A DNA stretch of 64,000 nucleotides from Mobula hypostoma (lineage: Eukaryota), in contig NC_086097.1 in the NCBI RefSeq assembly GCF_963921235.1, positions 62,250,001 through 62,314,000 on the forward strand. The letters run 5' to 3'. Below, in pieces: positions 12,628 through 25,469 of this stretch. A program made the translations under genes and the position numbers. Under the pieces are notes generated by a model that saw only the letters and a program-made list of their open reading frames with translations, made no database searches and was not told where the DNA came from. How positions within the stretch are numbered: position 1 is the stretch's first letter; the number at the start of each line of letters is the position of its first letter.

Positions 12628-15119
12628 TTAATAATCCCTTAGACCAGGCTCCAACTCAGCAAACTTCATAGTGGCCAAAAACACTGATGAATTGCGACCA
12701 ATGTAACCTCTCATTTGGTTTTGTCCCGGACCACAATAACAAGGGTCGTCCCATTCCGACTCAGTTTTCTCTCGCAAGGGCTTAGTAGGAGGGGGACGGG
12801 TATTGACCGCAGAGTTATTGCAAAACTTCCTGCAGTACCCCACCATCTCCAAAAGCCTTCTGAGGGCCCTCTTGTCTGTCGGGGTTGGGAGGTCAGCGAT
12901 AGCCTGCACTGTAGCTTGCATCACTGCCAGCTGCCCCTGTGTCACCACAATTCCCAGGTAAGTGACTCTCGTGTGGCCGAATTCATTTTTTTCAAGGTTC
13001 ACTATCAAACTGGCTTCAGACAGCCGTGTTAAATTGCCAATACACACCTCTGTGTTCATCAGCCCTTTAGTCACTGAATTACTCGAAAAATATGGGTGTT
13101 GTTTACTTGGCTGCCCTATTGTAACAGACATAACCCAACGTCCCAGTTCTTTGCATTTCCTCGGGACAATCAAACACATGGGTGCGAGTCGTTTAATTAC
13201 TCCTTCGGGGATTAAGGGAGAGACCTTATCAGTAGACCTGGCCAAAACAATAGCCTTCTCCCATCTGACCGATCCCATCCTAATCTTTTCAAAATGGTTT
13301 TTTCCTCTTATCAAGGGGCCCCTAGCATCATTGATTTCCACGCTAACACCGACTAGGTTTGTTAGCATATCAAAAGCCGGTGACCGTCTCAGTTCGCGTC
13401 GGTCATGATCAATAACATTCTTCCCCCTGGGCAGCCGGTAAATCTCTTTCATGATTCCACCAACTGTTTCCTCCAGCACCGCAAAATGTCCACCGGGGGG
13501 TACCTCGTGGGCCATGTTAAAAACCTCATCCCCATAACTCTTTTGCACCACCCCCCATTCCTCATCTGCGGGTACTGTACTTGATTTCCCTTTCTTCCTT
13601 AGCACTTCCTCCTCCGCACAATAGCTTGTCAAGGCTGTGTCAGAGAGAGCGGTCTCGGCAAAAACCATCAGCCCCTCGTCTCGCTCCTGCATCTGCACAA
13701 ATTCTTTCCTGGCTACTGCTACGTCCGTCCCAGCTCCCTCACTACCTCTTATCTCACTACACCCTGTCTCATACAAGGTTGGCAGAAATGTTTCAGCCAA
13801 ATTCACCATCGCGGGCGGGGCCTCCATGCTGGCAGGCTGACCCGTCAATCTCACGACTGGGAACACGATTCCTCCGGCGATGTCATTACCGAGCAAGACT
13901 TCCACGTCTTTCATCGGTAATTCGGACCTCACCCCAATCGTGACTAGTCCAGAGACCAGGTTGCTCTGTAAGTGTATCTGGTGCAAAGGGACTGACTCTG
14001 TCCCTTCCCCAACACCTTTGACCTCTACCTCCCCAGTCTGGGTCTCTGAGCTAAACTCTAATACACTCTTCAGTATTAGTGACTGACACGCTCCCGTGTC
14101 TCTCCAGATCCGCACTGGAACTGGTTTTAACCTCTTTTTCACTGACACCAGTCCGGCCGAGATAAACCTCTCGCGCCCTTCCTGGACTTTTTCAGACCTG
14201 TCCTTCCCTAGCGGTTCGCTTAACAGCTCAATACAGCCATTCAAAATTTCCGCTTTTCCTTTCCCCGTCTCCTTCCTTGGGGCAAAGCACCTGGACGCAA
14301 AGTGTCCGACTTTCCCACAATTATAACAGACGACCCCAGGAGACTTCCTACCAGACTGCTCCCGGTCTACCTTATCCTTTTCACTAGTCCCCGGCTTACT
14401 TTCTGACTTTTCCGGCGGACTCTCCCCTCCGTCCTGACTTATAGCTACTTTTTCGAAGTGGAGAAAGTACCGATCCACATCGGTATCGTCAAATGGGGGA
14501 ACCAGCCTAACCTCCTGGGTCGCCCGGAACCCTCCACCTTGGTTCGGCACGAGCCCCTGCTCGGCCCTTATCTTTAACTTCTCCAGCTCAAATTCCCTTT
14601 CCCTCTGTTTCTCCTCTCTCTCCAACTGCCTGTCCCTCTCTCTCTCTTCTCTCTCCAACTGTCTTTCTCTCTCTTGCCTTTCTACCTCTTTCTCTCTCTC
14701 CCGCCTTTCTAACTCTCTCTCTTTCTCCTGCCTTTCTAACTCTTTCTCTCTCTCCCGCCTTTCTAACTCTCTCTCTTTCTCCTGCCTTTCTAACTCTCTC
14801 TCTTTCTCCTGCCTTTCTAACTGCTTCTCTTCGTGTTCTAACTGCCGTACCCGGAACTCGTGCTCGAGTCTCAGTTTTTCAGCTGTACCTGTACCGCGTC
14901 TCCAGCAGGTTTTTCAATAGACACAACCCCCAGCTCACCTTGGGGAAACACACCTTTAGATACATAGTGCTCTACAATAGCTCTGTGTATCTCCTCTCTC
15001 CTCATTGTCGACTTCACCTTAGCAAGATTCACCCGTTTGGCCACAGCTATCAATTCCGATTTCCTGGCATCCTCTAATGCCTCCAAGGTCGGCGCCTTTA
15101 TAAATTCAGCAACCTCCAT
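12628..15119 (-). pseudogene. Compacted gag-pol polyprotein with one frameshift near 14875 (Gag N-terminus, coiled coil, CCHC knuckle, aspartic protease, integrase and RT/RNase H remnants)
   Basis: ORF 14871-15119 (Gag N-terminus) joins the frame of ORF 12628-14658 by a -1 shift; motifs RLVPPFDDTDVDRYFLHFEKVA, CYNCGKVGHFASRC, RDTGA, LLGNDIAGG, AHEVPPGGH, VNLEKNEFGHTRVTYLG, PTPTDKRALRRLLEMVGYCRKF. Confidence 0.85.
14620..14840 (-). repeat. 27-bp coding tandem repeat (LERQEKERE units) in Gag coiled coil
   Basis: Repeated TTAGAAAGGCAGGAGAAAGAGAGAGAG units on the minus strand, roughly 7 copies. Confidence 0.85.
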
Positions 15120-15195
15120 TTCTGCTGTTTGTCTTTTCTTTCTTTCGGGAATTTTAACCCAATCAATTTACTCCGTCCCAAATTTAGCGTTCAAA

Positions 15196-15214
15196 ATCGC
15201 GGACGAGAACCCCA
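15196..15214 (-). promoter_or_regulatory. Primer binding site, tRNA-Pro-like
   Basis: Minus strand TGGGGTTCTCGTCCGCGAT 4 nt after the 5' LTR, resembling the canonical Pro PBS TGGGGGCTCGTCCGGGAT. Confidence 0.8.
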
Positions 15215-15218
15215 CTTA

Positions 15219-16097
15219 TGTTACGTACCCCGTAACTGGGTTGCCAAACCAGCAGAAATGGATCACTCAGTTGGAGTCTGGAGTACTAGAACTAAGAAAG
15301 TTTTATTAAAGAAACAAGCAACACAGTAATCGAAAGGATAATAAATGCAACAGTTCAGTGATGATAAACACACATGTGCACAGAATTAAGATAACAGCAT
15401 CAATCAAGCTCTATCGTTGTCTAGGGGTAAATGACCAATTTCAAAATGACTCAAAGTTCAGTCCAGTTTAGTAGTTCAGTTCGCAGTAATCGTTGCCATG
15501 GCGATGGACAACGTGGGGGAAGAGAGAGATAGAATAGGAACAACTCATCATTCAGAACGGCTTCACTCACAGACCAGCAAGATGGCTCACAGACCAGCGA
15601 GATGGCTCACAAACAGCTTTTGGGCGGGTCCTTGGTGATGTCACCTGAGGTCACCGACTGTGACCCCTCCTCCAGATGCGGTCGATCCTCTGCAGTGAAC
15701 CCGGCACCCAGGCAAGGGCGGACACACACCGGGTTCCCGCTGATCGTACCTTTCCACCCTGTGCGTTGTCCGGTACTTCTCACCACTCGTGAGAGGCGCA
15801 CCGCTTCCAGGGTCTCGTTACCTCGGGTGGCGTGTGTGTCTGTCTTAGCGAACCTGTCCCTTTCTATCCCCCTGCTGGGGTATCGCCTGTCCATCACTTC
15901 AAACAGTTCAGGGTTCAAAGGGGGGAGCCGCTCCAGACAGCTCTTCCTCCCACATCCCTTCATTACACATCTCCAGACGCTGCTCCATTGTTCCTTATCT
16001 CTCCTTCCCCTGAGGGCAGGTGGCAGACCAACTGCTGATGCCACTGATGCTAGCCCAGGCCAGCAAACATCTTAATTTTATGTGTATTCTCGTAACA
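15219..16097 (-). repeat. 5' LTR
   Basis: Direct repeat of 11577-12455; adjacent to PBS. Confidence 0.96.
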
Positions 16098-18099
16098 CTA
16101 TAAATAGCTCAAAGGGGAAAAAAAACAACTTACCTGAAGCTGAATGTTTTTTTGTAATCCTGGATCTTCACTGCCTCAGCCATTTCATCAATAATTCCTT
16201 GAGAAGAAAGATAAGTCAAGGCGACATAAGAGCTTCCAGACGCCTCCCTATTGGCAGATCATCCATTTACCTGAAACAAGGCTGTCTCTTCAGTAAGGAT
16301 GTGGCTGAAAGAAATTCAGGAAGTGTTAACTTCTGTCAGATTTAATCATCCACTTGAAAGAGTAACTGAATCCCATCAGTCTGTATCCTCAAAATTCCAG
16401 ATAATGTTTTTTTTCAAACAGATATCTATAAATAATCCATAATCACATAAGTATCATGAAGTTAATGGATTTTGGATAAATATGCTAGATAGAGGAGCCA
16501 TTTCTAGTTACTGAAACTTTGATCTTTGATTCAAAACAAAATACTTGATGCTGAGTGGTTTCAATTCTGGTTTACATGAAAGGAGCATCACTGAGAAAAA
16601 TGGCCTTTTAATATGTGGAAATAGCACTGCTATAATACGTTACTTCCTGTAGAATGCAAGATGGATTTGAGGACAATACAACTATGGTACATCAATTTCA
16701 CTGAGTTTTGTGGGTAGAAGTTATATCTGTAATTTTTCCATCTCAACCTTGAGCTATGCCAGAATCATAGTGTAAGTTTCTGGTGAGAGTTCCTTTCTGG
16801 CAATAGCCATAATTGAAATTCAGACAGTGGTGGAAGCCATTGTTTACCTGAGGACCACCTCTAGTTAGCCTTCAGCGGTGTGATGCTAAACAACTCCCAA
16901 ATGAAAATAATGGAACCACGGAGAGCATTGAGAGCAAAGACTCATCCATATTACTTCAGCATGACGCCTCACTTCATCAGAGTAGAATGGAAGACTGGTA
17001 ATGGGTGTTTCCACACCTTTAAAGATCTTTTGGATTTTCTTCAACTAATTTCAATTGTAAGAAAAAACAACCAACTGATCTGTTTTCATCTTTGCCATGT
17101 TTTCTTCTTCATACTGAATAACAGTATATCTCCAAAATTATTTTAAGTCAGACCTGTTTCTGCTCTTTTAGTGATGATAGAAGCTGAGTTATGTTGCTTG
17201 CTGTGATTTTTTTTTAACTACAGAAGTCACTGTTTGATTTTTCATTATTCAGTTATGGAGTGATCACTGATTACAATCGGCAATGCCTTGGTGATAACAC
17301 TTCTTCCTTGGCCATGTGTTCACTAACTAATTAATACATGTACAGTCAGGTCTTATTAAATCACCAAATGTACTATTGTAAATTTTAACCCCATTTTCTT
17401 CGCATCACCAGAATCAGAGAATTTGAATTGAAGGAATAAGAAAATTTCTTCATTGATATAAATGAAGTCTTCTTAATGTGATTCAGAGAACTGTCTGAGT
17501 TCTTTATAACTTACGCACATATGCAATGAGGTATGCTTAATGTATTTGCATTCAGAATATTTTCAATTTTATATTTGCAAGGTAATGACGACTTTGAGGC
17601 CAGTCAGTAAGTGTAATTTTCAATATTTCACTACAACTGAAAAGCCCCAAAATGACTGCTTTGGGATTAAGCAAAATTCAAGAGGCCTAAAATTTCATGA
17701 TGTTCATGTTGTTGTGGTATAGATATTAATCATATGTTCTGAGTAATTTATTTTGCATAAGATGTGAACATTATTTCATGTCCCACACCTGAATTCTCAC
17801 ATCTTGTGCGCAAGGGAGCATCGCTGCTGCATGACCCCTACAAATCACCAACCTTACCACGCTGATTGCTCCTTTAGAATGAAAGGCAAAAAGACCTAAA
17901 ATGCCATGGAAGTACCTTCAATAGGAGGAAGTCCCTCTTGTTAATATGAGCTTTCATTTTAGACCCAAGTAGTTCCCATCCACATACAACAGAGGAATAT
18001 ACTGTACCTGGCGATAAGGTAAACTGGACAAATATGATTTTGATTCATAAAGTCACAGTCATATAATATGCAAACAGGCCCTTTGGCTTTGCAGAGAGA

Positions 18100-20760
18100 T
18101 CCATTTATTGAATCTGTGTGGCTGGAATTCAGGAACAAAAAGAGAGCAATCACCCTATGATTATACTTTGCATTGTACTGCTGCTGCAAAATCAATGAAT
18201 TTCACAACATATGCTGGTGATATTTAACCTGATTCAGATTCTGTTGTTCTATGGGCCCCCTATAGATACCGAGACATTGAGGAACAGATAAGCATTCATA
18301 ATTTTGAAAGGTGCAAAAATAACAGGGTTGATATCATGGGTGATTTCAACTTCCCTCATAATGATAGGCAACTCCTTCTGCTAAAAGTTTAGATGGGGCA
18401 GAATTAGTTAGTGTGTTCAGGAAGGATTCCTGGCGGAGTATGTGGACAGGATGAGATAAAGATAGGCCCTTCTGGATGTGGCACAAGACACTGGTTGACC
18501 TCTCTGTGGTTGAGAACTTCAGAGTTAACACATTACATGTCACATGCCATTGATAATAAACCTGATTCTGATTCTGCTACTGAGCAACTCCCTGAACCTT
18601 AGCATAGCCATCATTTAGATAGGAGCAGACTGTATGGGAAAGTATTCAATTGGGAGGGGGATATGTAAGATGGCATGAGGTAGGAAGTTGGGAGTATAAA
18701 TTAGGAACAGATGTTCTCAGGGAAATGCATAGCATAAACGTGGAGGTTGGTTAGGAATAACTTGCATGAGGTTCTGGATAGATTTGTCCCATTGACACAG
18801 GGAAACGATGGTAGCGTGAAGGAAACATGGTGACAAGAGAGGCCATTACTAATGTAAAACTCACTGGTCTATGATTGCCAGGATTATCCCTATTAACTTT
18901 CTGGACCAATGGTACATTTGCCATCCTCCAATCCTATAGTACCAAGATAGCCAGGAAAGAGTTTAAGATGGACTTACTTTCTGCCCATTACACCACTGGC
19001 AGTTAGGGCAGCAACAAATGTCCTCCATCTCTGGCAGTGTTCAGGAGTTCCTTCGCCATGTCAGTAGCTTCCTTTTGGTTTTCACTATTGTCAGTCATGC
19101 AGGTCCCGGGTGGAGACTCAGGAATACTGTTACACTCAGCTGTAGAAGGATTCTTCATTGCTGTTTCCCTCACAATTTTGTCTTACCAGTCAGGGTTGTT
19201 AGCCCTGAGCTGAACCTCCGAACCTGGAGGACCTGTGATCCACTCTAGGTCTGGCCTTTAACCTTCAACCTATTTGATATGGGTGACCCTACCAGGAGCC
19301 AAAGCATAAAGCCCTGACTCCAACCAACATAGCTCTCCAGGTCATTGAGGCACGCAAGCCTCCAAACTCAACGATAAGTTTGTAGTCCTCTTGGAGTAAG
19401 AATGGAATTAGGAGAACCAGAATGGGACATGAGAAGGCCTTGGCAAGTAGAATTAAGGAAAACCTGAGACATTTTACGCATACATGAAGAACATGAGGAT
19501 GCCTAGAGCAAGTGTAGGGCCAATAAGAGATAGAAGAGGAACTGCAGTCGAAGGAGATAGGGGGATGTTTTTAATAAATACTCTGCTTCAGTGCACATGA
19601 AGAAGAGGGAGTTCAATGAATATGAGGTCAATGTAAATAGGCTAATATACTGGAGTATGCTGAGGTTAAGAAAGAGGCAGTGTTAGAGTTTCTGAAAACA
19701 ATTAGGACAGACAAGACCCTGGGGTCAGTTGGAATATTCCGTAGGTTACTATGGGAAGCAAGGAGGAGATTTCTGGGGCATTGACTGTTATATTTGCATC
19801 ATTCCTGGACACAGGAGTAGTACCAAAGAATTTGAGGATGACAAATATTGTGGCATTGTTCAAGCAAGATAATCGAGATAGTCCTAGGAATCAGACCAGT
19901 GAGTCTTTTATCAGTGGTGGGAAATGACTCTTAAGGATAGGATTTATGAACTTTGGAAAGTATAGTCGTATTGGGGGTAATCATCATGGCTTTGTGAGGG
20001 GCAGGTCATACATCAGACGTTTTTCAAGTATGTGACAAAGCAATTTGATAAATGCGGATTTTCGTAAGCCATTGACAAGGTTCCCCATGGGAGGCTCATC
20101 CTGAAAGCCAAGAGGCATGGGATCCATGGACATTTGGCTGTGTGGATTTGGAATTGGACGATTCTGCCCATAGAAATCAGAGGGCAGTTGTAGATGGGGT
20201 TGTAGATGTAGATTTCTGGAGGTCAGTGATTAGTGGTATTCTGCAGGGATAAGTTCTGGGACACCTGATCGTCGTGATTTTTATAAATAAATTGGGTGAG
20301 GAAGTGAAAGAGCAGGTTAGTAAGGTTTGTAGTGCTGTAGTTAGTGTAGAAGACAATTGTAGGTTACAGTGGAATATAGAAAGGATGTAGAGCTGGGTGG
20401 AGAAGTGGCAGATGGAGTTCAAAGTGTGAAGCATACACTTTGGAAGATCATCATGAAAGCAGAGTACAAGCTTTCTTAGCAATGTGGAGGAATAGAGGAA
20501 TTTTAGGGTTCACATCCATATATTCTCAAAATTACTGCACAAGTTGATAAGGTTGTTAAGCAGGTGTATGATGTGTTGGCCTCCATTACTCGGAAGACTG
20601 AGTTCAAGAGCTGCATGGCAAGGTAAGGTAATGCTGCAGCTCTATGAAACTGGTGGGACCACACTTGAAGTATTGTGTTCAGTTGTGGTTGCCAAACTAT
20701 AGGAAGGCTGTCAAAGCTTCAGGGAGAAAGTGCAGAGGAGATTTACCAGGATGCTGCCTT
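18100..20760 (+). mobile_element. Decayed CR1 ORF2 (endonuclease to RT) with nested and inverted fragments
   Basis: ESVWLEF, IMGDFNFP, HGFVRGRS, EKWQMEF and LVGPHLKYCVQLW motifs with many lesions. Confidence 0.8.
18974..19397 (-). mobile_element. Short RTE-type non-LTR element inserted in CR1
   Basis: Interrupts CR1; near-duplicated flanks AAGATGGA / AAGAATGGA; minus strand ends in a GTAAG tail after RTE-like C-terminal coding. Confidence 0.5.
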
Positions 20761-20849
20761 GAAGTGGATGGGCTACAGCAGCAGAAGGCCACAAATGTAC
20801 ACTCAGCTGCCACTTTATTAGTTTCTGTGTTCAAAATGTTAATATAAAT

Positions 20850-21390
20850 TATAAATTGCAAAGGTCCCACCATCCTCCGAGACGCAACACTAAATGCGGG
20901 TCTTCTGTCCAATCATCACCATCTACTTTCCTCACACTGATCCAATTAATAATCCAATCTGTTATTTATCCCTGGATCACCTATGATCTAACTTCCAGAT
21001 TAGCCCCTGGAATGAGGGGCCTCATCAAATGTCTTACTAAAATACATATAGACAGCATCCGCTGCCCTATCCTCATTTACCCTGTTAGTTTCTTCCTCGA
21101 AGATGTCCAACAGATTTCTTGGACATGACTTCCCACACACAAAGCCTTGAGGTCAAAACTGAATCAGACCCTGTCTATTTGTTCACCAAAGTAGGACAAA
21201 TCAAGCGCAACTGCTATATATTTAAGGTATATTTAAAGTGGAGTTCGATCGGTTCTTGATTAGTAAGGGGGGCAAAGGTTACAAGGGAGAAGATAGGGGA
21301 GGGAAAATAAATCAGCTATGATTGAATGGCACAGCAGACTCGATGAACTGAATGGCTTAATTCTACTGCTGTGTCTTATGGTCTAAACTA
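20850..21390. mobile_element. Inverted CR1 RT fragment (about 20850-21180, minus) followed by a CR1 3' end (about 21225-21390, plus)
   Basis: Minus-strand DAVYMYFSKTFD-like motif; plus-strand GATTGAATGGC...TCTTATGGTCT end. Confidence 0.6.
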
Positions 21391-21754
21391 ATGACTGCTG
21401 AATTAATCTACCTTTCAACCATTGTCAAAAGATGGAAGTTCTCATCAACTATAGTCTCAAGAGGTATTTAGTCACTGATTATCTAATTAAAAAATTTCAA
21501 GTTTGGGTTGCACCAAGACTACATCACAGGATTGGTCCAAATATAGTTCCAGAGATCTGAACTCTGGAGGTGAGGTGAGAGTTGTTGTTCTTCACATCAA
21601 GGCAGCATTTGATCAATTATGACATCAAGAGCTGTAGGCAATGGGCATCAAGGGAAAAACACTCCAATGGCTGGTTGCCACATCACTCCAAAGGATGGTC
21701 TTTATGGTTCTCAGATGTTATTCATTCTGGCCTCAAAATAACATTGCAGGGGTT

Positions 21755-23270
21755 CATCAGAATCAGGTTCAACATCAGCATATGCTGTAATATCCATTAA
21801 CAGTGGCAGCAGTACAATACAGTACATGATAAAGATAGACAAATAATAATTAATTACAGTAATTAATTGAACTATACTAAATTGTTCAATTAAAAATAAC
21901 AGTGCAAAAACAGAAATAATATTTTTAAAAAGTGAGGTAGTGTTCACTGGTTCAATGTCCATTTAGGAACTGGATGGCAGAGGGGAAAAATCTGTTCCTA
22001 AAACACTGAGTGTGTGTCTTCAGGCTTATGCACCTCCTTCCTGACAATAACAATGGGAACAGGGCATGCCCTGGGTGATAGGGGTCCTTAATAATAGGCA
22101 TCACCTTTCTGAGGCACTGCTCCTTGCAGATGTCTTGGATACTATGGAGGCTAGTACCAATGATGGAGCTGACTACTTTTGCAACTTTCTGTAGTTTCTT
22201 TCAATCCTGTGCAGCAGCCCCTCCCCCCCCCATCCCAGACAGTGATGTAGCCAGCCAGAATGCTCTCTAATGTACATCTGTAGAAGTTTTTGAGTGTTTT
22301 AGGTGATAAACCAAATCTCAAACTCCTGAAGAAGTATAGCCGCTGTTTTCTTTATAGCTGCATTAATATGTTGAGACAGGTTAGATCCTCAGAGATATTG
22401 ACACCCAGGGACTTGAAATTGCTCAGTCTCTCCACTTCTGTTCCTTTGTCTTACCCTTCCTGTAGTCTACAATCAGCTCTTTTGTCTTACTAATGTTGAG
22501 TACAAGGTTGTTGCAGAGAAACCACTCAACTAGCTGGTATATCTCGCTTCTGTACACCCTCTAGTCTCCATCTGAAATTTTGCCAACAATGGTCGCATCA
22601 TCAACAAATTTATAGATGGCATCTGAGCTGTTTTTAGCCACGCAGAGATGGGTGAAGAGAGAATAGAGCAATGGGCTAAGCACGCATCCCTGATGTGCAC
22701 CAGTATTGATCGTCAGCAAGGAGATGTTATTACCAATCCACTCAGGTTAGAAAGTCAAGGATCCAATTGCAGAGGGAGGTACAAAGACTCAGGTTCCATA
22801 TCTTTCCAATCAGGACTGTAGGAATGCTGGTGCTACAGTCAAGGAACAACATCCTGACATAGGTGCTTGCATTGTCCAGGTGATCAAAGACCACGTGGAG
22901 AGCCATTGAGATTACATCTGCTGTAGACCTATTGTGGCGACAGGCAAATTGCAGTGGCTCCTGGTTCTTGCTGAGGCAGGAGTTGATTCTAGCCATGACC
23001 AACTTCTCAAAGCATTTCATCACCATAGACATGAGTGCTACTGGACAATAGTCCTTAAGGCACTTCACACTTTTCTTCTTGGGCACTAGTAAAATTATTG
23101 CCCCTTTGCAGCAGGTGGGAATTTCCCACAATAGCAGTAAGAGGTAGAAAATGTCTTTGAATATATTCACCAGTTAGTTGGCACAAGTTATCAGGTACTC
23201 CATTGATACCTGCACCTTGCAAGGGTTCACCGTCCTGAAAGACAACCTGATGTCATCCTCTGAGACAGAG
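21755..23270 (-). mobile_element. Rex1/Babar LINE RT region and 3' UTR
   Basis: ORF 22742-23170 with PVALMSMVMKCFEKLV, PLQFACRHNRSTAD, YVRMLFLD; GATTCT-type tail; inserted in an older CR1-clade remnant spanning about 21390-25085. Confidence 0.85.
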
Positions 23271-24125
23271 ATCTCTCGGCCATGTTGTAAGTCAATCCAC
23301 ATTTACCAGCCTCATCGATGATCTCCTGCAGTATTCTTTCTGAAGTGGGATGTTTGCTGGTGATCAAGTGGAAAGTTCAATACCTCAGGAAATGAAGTAG
23401 ACAATGTTTGTGTGCTGCAAGACCTAGACAAAATTCAGGCATAAACTGATCAATGGCAGGTAATGTTTAATGTACAAAACTGCTAGCTAGACAACAAAAG
23501 AGAACCTTATCATTCACATAACATTTAACGGCATTGCCGTCACAGAATTTCCACCATCAATATCCTGTGGATAGAGGATTGGCGGGGCTTACTCCTGACT
23601 ATAGATTCAACTGGACCTGCTATGTAAATATTGTGTCCATCAGAGAGTCAGATGCTGAGCATCTTGCAGCATCACTCATCTCCTGGCACTCCAAAGTTTA
23701 TATGCCATTCACAAAACACAAACAAATCAAGATGGAATGCTCTCCTCTTACTTGGATGAGTGCAGCTCTAACAATTCTCCAAACGCTTAACACAAAGACA
23801 ACGTAACCCACTTGATTGTCACGCTAGCAATCTCCTGAACTGGTCATCTCCCACCACCACCAATGCACAGAGGCTCAGTATGCACTGCAGAGGAAAAGGA
23901 TTGTAGTTACCTCACTCAGGCATCTCCAAATGCTTCCACCTGTCACCTCTACCACCAGATATCTATGTAGAGAATAGTAAATTCTTGGCTCAGTAGCACA
24001 GTGGAGAGATATAGGAGGATGAACATGTAGTTTAGAGATAGAGGGAGCCCTTACAGGCTTGGTACCAGGTAGTAAAAGGCTGTATGTAATAGATTCAAAT
24101 AACCTGAGCCACAAACTGTAGTCTA

Positions 24126-24474
24126 AAGTCATAGTCATAGTCATAGTCATACTTTATTGATCCCGAGGGAAACTGGTTTTTGTTACAGTTGCACCATAAA
24201 TAATTAAATAGTAATAAAACCATAAATAATTAAATAGTAATATGTAAATTATGCCAGGAAATAGGTCCAGGACCAGCCTATTGGCTCAGGGTGTCTGACC
24301 CTCCAAGGGAGGAGTTGTAAAGTTTGATGGCCACAGGCAGGAATGACTTCCTATGACGCTCAGTGTTGCATCTCGGTGGAATGAGTCTCTGGCTGAATGT
24401 ACTCCTGTGCTCAACCAGTCCATTATGTAGTGGATGGGAGACATTGTCCAAGATGGCATGCAACTTGGACAGCA
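24126..24474 (-). mobile_element. Young Rex1-like LINE 3' end with (ATGACT)n tail
   Basis: ORF 24278-24478 (LSKLHAILDNVSHPLH...SFLPVAIKLYN); same family as 60215-61457. Confidence 0.85.
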
Positions 24475-25469
24475 CCAAGGTGAACTATGATTAAATTATG
24501 CCTGGATCTTAGCCTAATGATGGCTTCATAAACTCCAGGACAGAATCCAGCCATTGTGCAAATACAATGCAATGCAAGGCAAAATCAAATCTGTACACAG
24601 CTCACATGGACCAGAAGTACTGAAGCTTGTCAGTGCCAAAGGCCTGGCCCACTTTACGTATAAACAGTGCATATTGGGTAGACATAGTGGGGGAAAAGTA
24701 GATAAGCAATAGTGTAAGAAAAATGAAGAATTTGTATCAGGGAGCATTTATTCTAGGGCAAGTGACTTATTTGATGTCACCTTGTAATAAAGAGAAAGTT
24801 TGTTCAGAAGGTGAATCTGGACTCTGTGTCAATCCGTTCCATCTACATTCAAGGACAGAGGCAACAGATGCATGGAGACACTGGAACCTGAATTTTCACC
24901 TCCAAATCACACAACATCCTGACATGGAATTGCAGTATATCATCTCCAGGTCTAAATCTTGCCCAACAGAGGGACTAAAGCTGTTCAGACTGGTGGCTCA
25001 ACAATGCTTTGCAGGGATAATTAGCACTGGAAAAAAAGTGGTTGCCTTGTCAGCCACATTCAGTTCCAAAAATGAATGATTGAAGAAATATTTTTTCTCC
25101 TTAATCCTTAATTGGACATGTTAGAGTACTGGGGTTTGAGTTTAAGTAATTGACATGTTCTGTAGCTCTCTAGATCGGCTTATAACAGTATATGTCAGTC
25201 CCAAAGAGTAAAACAATGTCTATGCATGGAGTAAAACAGAAAACTTCTGTGTATAAGAGCACTTGATGAGGGGCACTCCTGTGCAAGAATGTGATGTATG
25301 GAGGCCAAACACAGCATTTAGAACTTTATATATTGAGAAGTGGAGGAACAGTACTTTTTGGACATGATTGGTTGAGAAAAACCTAACTAGATTGGCATTT
25401 AATCAAAGTGGCATCAACAGGCAACTGCTGCCCAAATGGTAGCTCTAACCAGGGACTGTCACATTTTTC

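Larger units (their letters stand above)
11577..16097 (-). mobile_element. Young, internally deleted Gmr1-like Ty3/Gypsy LTR retrotransposon
   Basis: Two 879-bp LTRs with about 3 differences seen, TG...CA ends, TSD CTAT (11573-11576 / 16098-16101), PBS, PPT and a gag-pol-derived ORF. Confidence 0.96.
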
